The notes beneath the pieces are model-generated. The model saw only the letters and a program-made list of their open reading frames with translations, was not told where the DNA came from and ran no database searches. This document shows, piece by piece, positions 46,843 through 56,339 of a stretch of 64,000 nucleotides of DNA. A program made the position numbers and the translations under genes. This DNA is from an uncultured Desulfospira sp. (lineage in GTDB: Bacteria > Desulfobacterota > Desulfobacteria > Desulfobacterales > Desulfobacteraceae), in NCBI GenBank assembly GCA_963663165.1, contig OY760175.1:3552001-3616000 (forward strand). Reading direction: 5' to 3'. Positions within the stretch are counted from its first letter, which is position 1. The number at the start of each line of letters is the position of its first letter.

Positions 46843-46888
46843 TATTTAATCAGCAGGCTTTGAATGGTTGGCTGAAATTTATTTTTGA

Positions 46889-47848
46889 TCAGCGGCGAAC
46901 CAGTTGTTTCAGATAGCCAATAACGCTGTCCCGGTCTTCAAGACCCGGTGCCCCCGCTGCCCTGGTGGTGGCAAAATCGTTATTGATATTGTTGATTACA
47001 TTCGCATTGGTTGTGGCAAATCCCACAAACCTACCGGTGCCCGAGTCATTTGGAACCGAACCGTGGGGTGGAATATAGGTCATCAGCAGCCGGTCTGTCC
47101 GGGTTTTGTCCGTTTGGCCTTTTTTCAGTACAATCATGAAGGTTGGGCAGTCCCGGGTGATATGGACCCGGGCATTTTCACAATTTTCCAGGCATTGGAT
47201 CAGGTTTTCCACATGTTGTTTGCGCCACTGTTTTTCCATGGGATCCGTGCATTCCAGTACATAGGTTTCAAGGCAGTCCCGGCAGATATATTGAATCACT
47301 CTGGCGTGTTTGAGATTTTGCATTAAAAAGTGATTCCGTTCCAGATTGATCGCCTCCAGCAGATCCGCCGCGATGGGGTGGTTTCCCAGTGCGTGACGTT
47401 CGCTGTAGCTTGCATGGCCTTTGGCCCGCAGGGAGTGGGTGGGGCGTGAGGAGATGATATGCAGATCTCCCGGGATCCGTTCAGCTGAAAGCATCATCAG
47501 GTCCAGCCGGAAGCGGTCCCGCAAAGGAATCATGGCCGAAGAAAATTTCACCTTCTTTGAGATGTCAACGATTATGGGAATATCATTGGGTGACAAAAAT
47601 GCCTGGTCAAAGATATTCAGTAACTCATCGATTTTTTCCAGTGTCAGGTTGAACGCAATGGAAAGCGCCAGGGTTTTGCCCCTTGAAACATTGACAATAT
47701 TTCCAAGTTCAAGATCCCGGATATAAGTATTCGAAAGGCCTGAAATTCCGGCAATCTGATTTCGGGGCATTTGGCTGCTTTCCAGAAGAACCTTTATTTT
47801 ATCCGAACGTAGTTTCAATATCTGATTAATTTTTTCTTCAGATGTCAT
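46889..47848 (-). CDS. XRE-type HTH protein with uncharacterised C-terminal domain
   Basis: RNQIAGISGLSNTYIRDLELG N-terminal HTH. Confidence 0.7.
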   Translation of the reverse strand: MTSEEKINQILKLRSDKIKVLLESSQMPRNQIAGISGLSNTYIRDLELGNIVNVSRGKTLALSIAFNLTLEKIDELLNIFDQAFLSPNDIPIIVDISKKVKFSSAMIPLRDRFRLDLMMLSAERIPGDLHIISSRPTHSLRAKGHASYSERHALGNHPIAADLLEAINLERNHFLMQNLKHARVIQYICRDCLETYVLECTDPMEKQWRKQHVENLIQCLENCENARVHITRDCPTFMIVLKKGQTDKTRTDRLLMTYIPPHGSVPNDSGTGRFVGFATTNANVINNINNDFATTRAAGAPGLEDRDSVIGYLKQLVRR

Positions 47849-48009
47849 CTTCAATCATCTTTCAAACATGTTATCCGGCTTTCTTGACCTCTGGCAAAGA
47901 AATATACCGTTGATTTTTCCAGGAAAAACTGGGCAAAATTAACAAAAATATTAAGCCTTGTAAATATGTTCAATTTTCCTGAAGCCACCGTTCTAATCAT
48001 CCTTTTTCT

Positions 48010-48408
48010 GTAACTGTTCATCAGTGCTTCATAGTTGTTTTTATATGAAAGTCTCACTAACATCCTGCGAAGACTTTCATTTTTTGTTGTGGACGATTCT
48101 TGGTTGGATAATCCAAGCCGTCCGTGACGGTTATATGAAAGTCTCACTAACGTCCTGAGAAGACTTTCATTATTCGTTGTGGGCGGTTCTTGGTTGGATA
48201 ACCAAGGCGGCCCGTGGCCGTTTATATGAAAGAATCTGCAAACTGCTGTAATTCTTTCATGCTTTGTTGTGGGCCGAACCGGATTAACAATCCAATCGGC
48301 CCGGTTTCTTCCCTTTAGGGTATGGCCGTTAGTCAGGACTTCGTAGCATACTTTTGCTATGTGAGAAGGCCTTAAATGAGCGAAGATGGGGCACTGCTGA
48401 ACAGTTAC
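48010..48408. mobile_element. Element family D, complete (399 bp) with three ~90-bp double-hairpin units
   Basis: TIRs GTAACTGTTCATCAGTGC / GCACTGCTGAACAGTTAC. Units start at 48041, 48131 and 48222. Confidence 0.85.
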
Positions 48409-48627
48409 AAAAAAATTGAGTTTCACACGAATTACTCATGATTCGCGAACAATCAACGCATATTGAAGTGATAAATGAACCTTTGGGCATCAAGGTTGTA
48501 AGAATGTCCCGGGTGTCCCCCGGATTATGGGTTAAAAAATGGTCCAAATACAAGGCGGGCCAAAAGACAAGCAAGATGCATTATTTATTTTTGTGCAATG
48601 CCTTAAGGCCTGAATGAAAGGTAAAAA

Positions 48628-49776
48628 GTGAAAATACTTGTTTTCAGTTCATACAAAAGTGCCTGGAACAGTGTTCGCCCGGAAGCTGAAATTTTTATTG
48701 AAATCGCTAAATTGGGGCATAGTGTCTGTATTGCAACCCAGGCTGATTCAGAATATGTAAACCGTTTTATGGAACATAATATTCGGATTATCGATTGCTA
48801 CCCTGAACACAAAATCTGTTTTAAAACGATCAGGCAACTGCGCCGGGAACTTACGCAGGGGGACTATGATATCTGCTATGCCACAAATTCAAGGACCATC
48901 CCCAATGCCGCTTTTGCCTGTATGGGAAAACCGGTCAAACTGGTTGGGTACCGGGGAACAACCAAGGGATTGTACCGGCATGACCCGTCTTCTTATTTAA
49001 CGCTTTTACACCCACGCATAGATGCTGTAAGTTGCCAGGCCGAAGCCGTTAGAAAACACGTTTTAAAAAAGGTCTGGAAGGGCAAAAAGAATGTTGTCAC
49101 CATTCACAAAGGCCAGGAACCCGGCTGGTTTAATAACGAAAAAGCCGACTTAAGTGAATTCGGCATTGATTCAGATGCCTTTGTTGTAACTTGTGTGGCA
49201 AATGCACGCCCCAGTAAAGGAATAGGCGTTCTCATTGAAAGTACAAAATATCTGGCACAAGCCGATAACCTGCATTTGCTTCTGGTGGGCCGCGACATTG
49301 ACCGGGAACCTTATTTGAGCGCCGTTAAAACAAGCCCGATGAGCCAGCGTATACATATTACGGGATATCGATCAAATGCCCCGGCTTTCATTGCATCTTC
49401 AACTGTGTGTGTACAACCTTCAATCAGGGGGGAGGGTTTATCCAAAACAGTGCCCGAAGCCATGGCCCAGTCAGTTCCCAGCATCGTAACAACAGCCGGG
49501 GGATTGTCCGAGTTGATTGATGAGGCAAAAACCGGTTTTGTAGTACCAGCCGGAGACCCCCAAGCAATTGCCCAAAAGATATTGAAACTTTACCACAATA
49601 AAGCTCTGGCCCCCAAAATGGGAAAGGCCGCCCTTTTACATTTGAAAAAAAATTTCAGTTTAAAAAATAATGTTCAAGGGCATCTGGACCTTTTCAATTC
49701 TTTGCTTTCGGGTGAAAAAGGCCCCGAATACGGTTGTGAGGATTGCCGTTTTTTCTGCAGCGCAGCAGATGGATGA
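48628..49776 (+). CDS. Glycosyltransferase family 4 (GT-B)
   Basis: GTG start. PSKGIGVLI, PSIRGEGLSKTVPEAMA, TGFVVPAGD. Confidence 0.92.
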   Translation: MKILVFSSYKSAWNSVRPEAEIFIEIAKLGHSVCIATQADSEYVNRFMEHNIRIIDCYPEHKICFKTIRQLRRELTQGDYDICYATNSRTIPNAAFACMGKPVKLVGYRGTTKGLYRHDPSSYLTLLHPRIDAVSCQAEAVRKHVLKKVWKGKKNVVTIHKGQEPGWFNNEKADLSEFGIDSDAFVVTCVANARPSKGIGVLIESTKYLAQADNLHLLLVGRDIDREPYLSAVKTSPMSQRIHITGYRSNAPAFIASSTVCVQPSIRGEGLSKTVPEAMAQSVPSIVTTAGGLSELIDEAKTGFVVPAGDPQAIAQKILKLYHNKALAPKMGKAALLHLKKNFSLKNNVQGHLDLFNSLLSGEKGPEYGCEDCRFFCSAADG

Positions 49777-49788
49777 TCTTTCGTTCAA
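49732..49788. mobile_element. MITE family B fragment overlapping the 3' end of the glycosyltransferase
   Basis: GGTTGTGAGGATTGC...GCAGCAGATGG...TTTCGTTCAA matches the reverse complement of ~46702-46760. Confidence 0.7.
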
Positions 49789-49794
49789 CCGGAT

Positions 49795-52242
49795 TTATAG
49801 CTCAATGGTCAGTTCTATCTCATGGGAGGCCCCATCTCTTTTCATGGCAAATCCCAGCTTCTTTCCCAAGGCAATCATCTGTTTGTTTTCAGACAGAACC
49901 AGGCCAAACACCTTTTTGAGGTTATATTTTTTGGCTGCCACCAGGCACTGCTGGAGCAGGGCTGCCCCGATCCCCTTGCCCTGGGAATGGTCGGCAAGGA
50001 CAATGGCAAATTCACCGGACTGCCGGTCCGGCAAAAAAATAATCCGGGCCATGCCCACCATGGTTTTCCCTTCATCCATGACAGCGGCTAAAGCCACCTC
50101 CCGGTCATAATCCACCTGGGTGAATTTGATGAGCATCTGGTTGGAGAGCCGTTTAATGGGGGAAAAAAAGCGCAGATAAATTGTCTGTGGCGAAAGGGCG
50201 GAAAACAGCTCAATTACGTTAGAGCCGTCTTCGGGCCGGATGGGCCGGACCAGAAAAGCTTTACCGTCTGTGGTCCGGCACCGGGCTTCCTGCCATGCCG
50301 GATAGGAGGAAATAATCAAATGGTCAGGGGACGCATTGTCCGAGGGGGCAATCACCACCCTGGCGTCCATCCCGACAAGCTCTCCCTGCCGGACTTTGAC
50401 CGGGTTGACCTCAATCTCCCGGATCTGGGGGAAATCGGTCACCAGGCGGGACAGGCGGATCAAAATCTCCCGGGGCAGTTCCGGATCCACCGGCGTCATA
50501 TTTTCAAACCCGTCAAGGGCCTTGGCCACCTTGGTGTCCCGGATGATCTGATCGGCCAGGGCATGGTTTAAGGGGGGCAGTCCCATGGCAAGATCCCTGT
50601 AAATTTTTGTCATGGCCCCTCCGGTGCCGAACCCCAGTACCGGTCCGAATTTCTCATCTTTCCTGGCCTCAAAAACCAGGTTAACACCGGCTGGTTCCAG
50701 GGTCCGGGAAAGTTCAGTCCGGTTTACCGGAATCCCGTAGGCAGCCAGCAGGTCTGCGGCCTTGATTGGGGTCAACAGAGTGGGACCGCTGCCGAGGCTG
50801 CCTTGAATAATCTGTTCGGCCGATGCCCGGTCAATGGCCAGGCGGATGTCCTTTCTGACAGGGATCTCATGGAGCCGTTCCACATTTTTGCCGTATTGGA
50901 AAAGGTTGGCAAAGGCCTGGACTGCCCGCTCCGCCGTTTGATAAGCTGCGATCCCGGCCTTGTTGAAAATGACCCTGGCCCGTTCAGTACCGGCCCCGCC
51001 GATCCAGGCGGTCAGCACGGGCATCTGGAGGGTTTTCAGATAATCGGCCAGAGACCTGGCCAGGGCAGCCGGGTCAAGGGTTCCCACAGGGGCACAGATC
51101 AAAAGAACCCCATCCACATCAGGGGCATTACAGCAGGTTCGCACCGCCCGGATATATTGCTCCAGGCTGGCGTCCCCCAGGACATCCACGGGATTTGCCC
51201 TGCTCCAGTTCGGGTTCAGATGCCCATCCAGTTCCTCAATGGTCTGATCTGAAAAGCTGGCCGGTTCAAGACCATAATCGGCCAGCCGGTCCACGGCCAG
51301 GACCCCGTGAGCGCCTGCATTGGTGATGATGGCCAGCCGGCTTCCCTTGGGTTTGCTCTGTTTGGCCAAAAAAGAAACACAGTCAAACAATTCTTCGAAA
51401 TCATCCACCCTTAGGATTCCGGCCCGCTTGAAGGCGGTGTCATAGAGCGCGTCCTCACCGGCCATGGCCCCGATGTGGGAAGCTGCCGCCCGTTCTCCTG
51501 CCGGGCACCGGCCGGCTTTAAGCGCCACAATGGGCTTCACCCTGGATACGGCCCTGGCAGCACTCATGAAATTGCGGATATGGGGAATGCTTTCAATGTA
51601 CAGGGCAATGCTGTCCACCCCCTGTTGGCTGCCGAGAAAATCGATCATGTCGGCAAAATCCACATCCAGCATGGATCCCAGATCTACAAAATGGCTGAAC
51701 CCTAAATTTTCCCTCATGGCCATGTCCAGCACACAGGTCAGAACCGATCCGCTCTGGGAAAGAAAGGCGGTTTTCCCGGCAAATGGGAACTGCTGCAATA
51801 AACTGGCATTCAGGTTCTGTTTGGTGTTCACAAGCCCCAGGCTGTTGGGGCCGATAACCCGGATTCCGGTCTTCCGGGCGGCCTTCCATATGGATTCTTC
51901 CATCTGCAGGCCGGCCTTTGAGGTTTCCCGGCCCCCGGATGAAAGCATCACTGCCCCGGCCAGGCCCTTTTGGCCGCAGGATTCAACCAGCGCAGCAACA
52001 CTTTCCATGGGGGTGGTGATCACGGCCATATCAACCGGATCTTCAATGTCCGTGACCTTTGAAAATGCAGGAAGCCCCATGACATCTTTAACCCCCGGGT
52101 TTACCGGGAAAACCTTGCCCTTGAAATTGCCGGTGATCAGGTTATGGATCACGGTTTTTCCCACGCTGCCTTCCGGTTCGCCTGCCCCGATAACAGCAAT
52201 GGAACCGGGATTGAAAACCCTGGATAAATTCATGGTACTCAT
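49795..52242 (-). CDS. Pat/YfiQ-type protein: acetate-CoA ligase-like domains + C-terminal GNAT acetyltransferase
   Basis: SIAVIGA, IGPNSLG, SQSGS, NPVDVLGDA, RPIRPED...RFFS...VDYDREVAL...QGKGIG. Start re-called at ATG 52242. Confidence 0.92.
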   Translation of the reverse strand: MSTMNLSRVFNPGSIAVIGAGEPEGSVGKTVIHNLITGNFKGKVFPVNPGVKDVMGLPAFSKVTDIEDPVDMAVITTPMESVAALVESCGQKGLAGAVMLSSGGRETSKAGLQMEESIWKAARKTGIRVIGPNSLGLVNTKQNLNASLLQQFPFAGKTAFLSQSGSVLTCVLDMAMRENLGFSHFVDLGSMLDVDFADMIDFLGSQQGVDSIALYIESIPHIRNFMSAARAVSRVKPIVALKAGRCPAGERAAASHIGAMAGEDALYDTAFKRAGILRVDDFEELFDCVSFLAKQSKPKGSRLAIITNAGAHGVLAVDRLADYGLEPASFSDQTIEELDGHLNPNWSRANPVDVLGDASLEQYIRAVRTCCNAPDVDGVLLICAPVGTLDPAALARSLADYLKTLQMPVLTAWIGGAGTERARVIFNKAGIAAYQTAERAVQAFANLFQYGKNVERLHEIPVRKDIRLAIDRASAEQIIQGSLGSGPTLLTPIKAADLLAAYGIPVNRTELSRTLEPAGVNLVFEARKDEKFGPVLGFGTGGAMTKIYRDLAMGLPPLNHALADQIIRDTKVAKALDGFENMTPVDPELPREILIRLSRLVTDFPQIREIEVNPVKVRQGELVGMDARVVIAPSDNASPDHLIISSYPAWQEARCRTTDGKAFLVRPIRPEDGSNVIELFSALSPQTIYLRFFSPIKRLSNQMLIKFTQVDYDREVALAAVMDEGKTMVGMARIIFLPDRQSGEFAIVLADHSQGKGIGAALLQQCLVAAKKYNLKKVFGLVLSENKQMIALGKKLGFAMKRDGASHEIELTIEL

Positions 52243-52631
52243 GGCACCCCCTATGATATTCAGTTTCGTACAGTCTGCCGCAAATGAGTTGAACCGATTT
52301 TTCCTGCGCTTGCCCTTAATCTTGCTCTTGCTCAAAGTTATGATATAGAGCAAGAACAGGAGGAAGATTAAGAACGCCACTCAATCCCCATTCATTTGCG
52401 ATGAACTATACCCCCTATTGCCGTATGCCTCCCAACCAATGGATAGAGCAAGTTAAATGCCACAGGAGATAAATAAACCGTTCAAGAAAGACACCAGGAC
52501 AGGGAAACCGGTTTTAAATCAGAAATCGTCAGGATGCTAAGGCCAAATTATTTTTTAATTTGATAAAATAACGTTAAAGGAAAAGCGTCGGCTGTTTTTC
52601 CAGGATGTAAACATAACCGACGCCCAACGGT

Positions 52632-53465
52632 TCACTTGCTGTGCTTTTTTAAAATTTCCGCCAGCCGCCCCTGGCTTTTCAGCCGGTCAATCCCGGCATT
52701 GATGAGCTTTAATAACTCGTTGCTGAAAACGCAATTTTTCGTCATCACATAATAGAAACCCTCGCTGGGCTCTCCGGGCATAGGCGCAGATCCGATGTCA
52801 CTGGTCAGCAGCGGGGTCCCTAACAGGGAATACCCTTTGAGGACCTCGTATCTTGCCAGAACAACGCTGCACCGTTCCATCTTAAGCATCTGGATCAGTG
52901 CATTAAAATTGTCGGCAACGTTTTTCATGTCCTCGTTTTCTATTCCAAAATTTTTGTAGTTAAACCCGAGCCTGCCGCAGACCGGCCCATGTTCCAGCAA
53001 CTGTTCAGGCCTTGTTATGGCAAGTCCTTCAGGAAATTTTGATTTCAGATAAAAATAACTGGGGGTAATGCTGTATGCCCGGCGGGATACCAGATAGGTT
53101 GCCTTTCTTTGTTCATTGACGGATGTGGGCAGAATCAGCTGTATTTTCTCTCCCGATGCCAGGTTGGCCAGGACCCTTTTCCATGGAAACACCCTGAATT
53201 CATACTTAAGGCCGTATGGGGACAAAATTTCGTCTAATACGTCAATGGAGTACCCCACCATTTTTTTGGTCTTTATCCCGTTTTCCCGGTAAAAATATTC
53301 GTAGGGCGGCCACTCGCTTGAATCTTCGTCAATCCCGACATAAATCGTTGTGCCGCGTTTAAGGGTTGATAAAGTGTTACCGGTATCCGTATACCCCCTG
53401 CCACCGGGAAAAAGAGAAAGCATCAGTACGGCCAAAACAGCAAAAGAAAACACGGTTGTTCTCAT
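52632..53465 (-). CDS. Periplasmic substrate-binding protein, family 3-like (orphan)
   Basis: Signal peptide, WPPYEY...GYSID...PWKR...INAGIDRLKSQG. Confidence 0.88.
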   Translation of the reverse strand: MRTTVFSFAVLAVLMLSLFPGGRGYTDTGNTLSTLKRGTTIYVGIDEDSSEWPPYEYFYRENGIKTKKMVGYSIDVLDEILSPYGLKYEFRVFPWKRVLANLASGEKIQLILPTSVNEQRKATYLVSRRAYSITPSYFYLKSKFPEGLAITRPEQLLEHGPVCGRLGFNYKNFGIENEDMKNVADNFNALIQMLKMERCSVVLARYEVLKGYSLLGTPLLTSDIGSAPMPGEPSEGFYYVMTKNCVFSNELLKLINAGIDRLKSQGRLAEILKKHSK

Positions 53466-53631
53466 GATATGTTTCTCCCGTTGATAACTTATCCCGAAAG
53501 GTAAGCCAGATTATCCACTTTTGATTTTCGTCGTTTATTGATTATACCCTGAATCTATTTTAATTCAAGACTCGGATTCGAGCCGGACAGGGCAAGTGTG
53601 TTTTACTGGGCTGCAGTTTGTCCAATAAAAT

Positions 53632-54018
53632 GGACTTGGGACATGGGATATGGGACTTGGGGATTGCAGCATCCGTGGCCTACCCAAGTTCGGTGGGGTA
53701 CGCTTTTATGCCACCAGTTGCTGTGAGCCAGTTTGATTTAAAGTTCGAAAACAACATGTTATACGAATTATACGAAAAACGGTGGGCAACGCTTCGCTGC
53801 TGCGTGTTTGCCCTACCGAGTTGCTCTCGCGAAGGCACAAAGGCGCAAAGATTAATTCCCTTGGGCAACGGTATTCTTTGCGCCTTAGCGTGAGAATATA
53901 AAGAAGAGGGCAAAGCCCTCGATTTTAGCATCTCAGAGCGATCGGCAAGCATTACGTGTTTGCTTTATAAATTTGAGAAACCCTTACCTACCCAAGTCCC
54001 ACATCCCAAGTCTCAAGT
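53632..54018. repeat. Composite intergenic repeat: inverted heptamer arrays, REP-like hairpins and family A copy 2
   Basis: GGACTTG/GGACATG/GGATATG heptamers at left, complementary CCCAAGT/CCCACAT heptamers at right. 53781-54018 is homologous to 62297-62530. Confidence 0.8.
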
Positions 54019-54028
54019 CTATAAAATC

Positions 54029-54733
54029 TCACAGCCCATACTCCTCACAGACCTTGATGATCAAACAGACATGCTCCTCCATGGCTTTGACCGAGCGTTC
54101 CGGGTCATGGTCCCGGATGGACTCATAAATCTGCTGATGCTGCTGGTCAATTAACTGGTTAATCCCTAAGCCGTCTAATTTTACTTTATAAGAAACCGTC
54201 ATGGCATAAGTCTGGACATCATAGAAGCTTTTCATCAGGTGAATGTGGACAATGTTTTTGCTGGCATAGGCAATGTTCATGTGAAAACCGATATCCGTCA
54301 GTATGGGGTCATTCTTAACGATCCGGTCATGGGCCATCTGATCAAGTTTTTCCTTGATCTTAAGAACATCCTTATCCGTGGCCCGTTTTGCCGCAAGCTC
54401 CGCACTTTTAAGCTCCAGTGCGAGCCGGACCTCCATACAGTCGGCAATGGTGAAATCCTCCGTGTTCAGAACCTGAAGCAGCGGCTTTTTTTCAATGTCC
54501 GAATAGGGCTTCTGGACAAAGGTTCCCACCCCGCGCCGGCTGACAATCAATCCCTGGTTCATCAGTTTTTGAATGGCACTGCGCACCGTGGGCCGCCCGA
54601 CCTTAAACAGTGCGGCCATATCCCGCTCGGAAGACAGGCGTTCCCCCGGTGCAAGATCGCCCCGGTAAATCATATCCCGCAGTTGTTCATACACCCGGTC
54701 GGATACATTTCGATGTTTAATGGGCTCGATCAC
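54029..54733 (-). CDS. FadR/GntR family regulator (LldR/PdhR-like)
   Basis: LSSERDMAALFKVGRPTVRSA...RRGVGTFV, FCD domain. Confidence 0.94.
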   Translation of the reverse strand: MIEPIKHRNVSDRVYEQLRDMIYRGDLAPGERLSSERDMAALFKVGRPTVRSAIQKLMNQGLIVSRRGVGTFVQKPYSDIEKKPLLQVLNTEDFTIADCMEVRLALELKSAELAAKRATDKDVLKIKEKLDQMAHDRIVKNDPILTDIGFHMNIAYASKNIVHIHLMKSFYDVQTYAMTVSYKVKLDGLGINQLIDQQHQQIYESIRDHDPERSVKAMEEHVCLIIKVCEEYGL

Positions 54734-54771
54734 CTTTCGGGCCTCCTTGTGGCAGGTTGTCGCGTTTCATG

Positions 54772-54782
54772 TGGTAATACCA
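54772..54782. promoter_or_regulatory. FadR-subfamily operator
   Basis: TGGTAATACCA fits the TGGT-N3-ACCA core of LldR/PdhR-type sites. Confidence 0.55.
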
Positions 54783-54959
54783 GTTATCCAGAAGATGTTG
54801 ATCAGATCAAACCATATAATGTTAACTCTCATTCGTCAAGCCCGGATATCTCTATAATTTTATACAAAATTGCTTGATTTTAATTTGATTAAAGTATACA
54901 TGGGGGTTCGTATTGGTGGATAGATAACAGAACCACAGAGAAAGGAACCGGGTGTTTTG

Positions 54960-56252
54960 ATGATGGATGATTTGTACATTCAGACGGTTAATGGACGCAT
55001 TCCTTTAAACCTTCCGGCCTCCTGGCAGGTTCTGACTGTGGCCGATTTTCAAGAGCCCGAAACCCGGCCGGATCCGGCGGTCTGCTTTGACCGGGCAATG
55101 AACGCCCCCGTCGGGTGTCCCTTTCTGGAAGACCAGATCACACCGGATGCCGAAATCTGTATTCTTATCGAAGACCTGACCCGGAAATCCCCCAAAAAAC
55201 TGATCCTGGAAAAATTGCTGGAACGGCTTTCCCGGATCGGTGTCCCCAATGACAACATCAGTATCGTTATTGCCCTTGGCACCCATAAGGGGCTTTCGGA
55301 AAAAGAGTTTGAAGACGCTTTTGGCAAAGAAATTGTTGCCGCATATACCTTTTACAACCACGACTGCCATGCCGGAGACCTGATACCGGTAGGCCATCTT
55401 GAATCCGGGGCAACGGTAAAAATAAACCCCCAGGCATACCGGGCTGATTTCAGGATCGGTATCGGCTCCATTTTTCCCCATCCCCTCAACGGATTTGGCG
55501 GCGGCGCAAAAATTCTGTTTCCGGGCATCGCCGATATCGGATCTATTACCGAACACCACCTTAAGCACAGCTTCAGGGGAAACTCGTATATGGGCAACCT
55601 TGAGGCCAATGCCTTTTACGATGAAGTTATTGCCATGGCCGGCGCCGGCCGCCTGGATTTCATCATCAACAGTGTTCTGGACCACCGGGACCACCTTCAC
55701 GACATGGTATGCGGCCATTTTATAGACGCCCATATTGCTGGCACAAAGCTGTGCCGGAACATTATTTCCAAACCCTTTCCGGCCAAGTCCGATGTCACCG
55801 TCATTTCCGCCTTTCCCTATACCCAGGGTCCCCAGATCATGAAACCCCTGGCACCGGCCGACATGATTACCCGAAAAGGCGGTGCCATTATTTTATATGC
55901 CGATTGCAGCGATGCCTTTCCCGAAACCTATTATAAAGCCTGTGAACAATTCAGATCTGCCCATGAGGGGCAGCTGAAAAAAAATGTACTGGCATATTTT
56001 GACGCCAACCACCCGATCATGCCCGGCGCGCCCCCGGAACTGAACATGTCCATGGCCCAGGTCATGCTGGCACTCAATGACTATGAGGTGATTCTGGTGG
56101 CAAAGGATATCCCGGCGCAGCAGATAAAACGGCTGGGGTTTACCCCTGCAAAAGACGTAAATGAGGCGGTTGCCCTGTGCCAGCAGCGGCACACCAGCCC
56201 CAGTGTAAATATTGTACCATCCGGCGGGGTGCTGTTACCCGTTGTTCCTTAA
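54960..56252 (+). CDS. larA: Nickel-pincer racemase/epimerase, lactate racemase family
   Basis: DLTR, ALGTH, PHPLNGFGGGAK, EHH and QIMK cover the D/R/H/H/K/H/K active-site set of LarA. Substrate not determinable. Confidence 0.88.
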   Translation: MMDDLYIQTVNGRIPLNLPASWQVLTVADFQEPETRPDPAVCFDRAMNAPVGCPFLEDQITPDAEICILIEDLTRKSPKKLILEKLLERLSRIGVPNDNISIVIALGTHKGLSEKEFEDAFGKEIVAAYTFYNHDCHAGDLIPVGHLESGATVKINPQAYRADFRIGIGSIFPHPLNGFGGGAKILFPGIADIGSITEHHLKHSFRGNSYMGNLEANAFYDEVIAMAGAGRLDFIINSVLDHRDHLHDMVCGHFIDAHIAGTKLCRNIISKPFPAKSDVTVISAFPYTQGPQIMKPLAPADMITRKGGAIILYADCSDAFPETYYKACEQFRSAHEGQLKKNVLAYFDANHPIMPGAPPELNMSMAQVMLALNDYEVILVAKDIPAQQIKRLGFTPAKDVNEAVALCQQRHTSPSVNIVPSGGVLLPVVP

Positions 56253-56339
56253 AGGACGTTGAACTTTGCAGACCAAACCGGCCTGCATTGGAAATTTATA
56301 ACCCCCCCGAAACCATCGGGGCAACATTGAGAGGAAAAA

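Noticed and set aside
46645..46916. Small Cys-containing ORFs resembling ferredoxin or zinc-finger peptides
   Set aside because: They are translations of the palindromic family B MITE.
48041..48303. CRISPR array
   Set aside because: Units are similar along their whole length with no unique spacers, lie inside TIRs, and no cas genes are present.
47851..48426. 191-aa ORF with internal repeats
   Set aside because: It runs through the family D element; its repeats mirror the DNA hairpin units and it has a TTG start without a clear RBS.
52243..52380. Hydrophobic N-terminal extension of the Pat protein
   Set aside because: Family homology begins at MSTMNLSRVFNP, which has a purine-rich RBS; the extension is probably untranslated.
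53618..54154. Short ORFs in the composite repeat
   Set aside because: They derive from heptamer and palindromic repeats.
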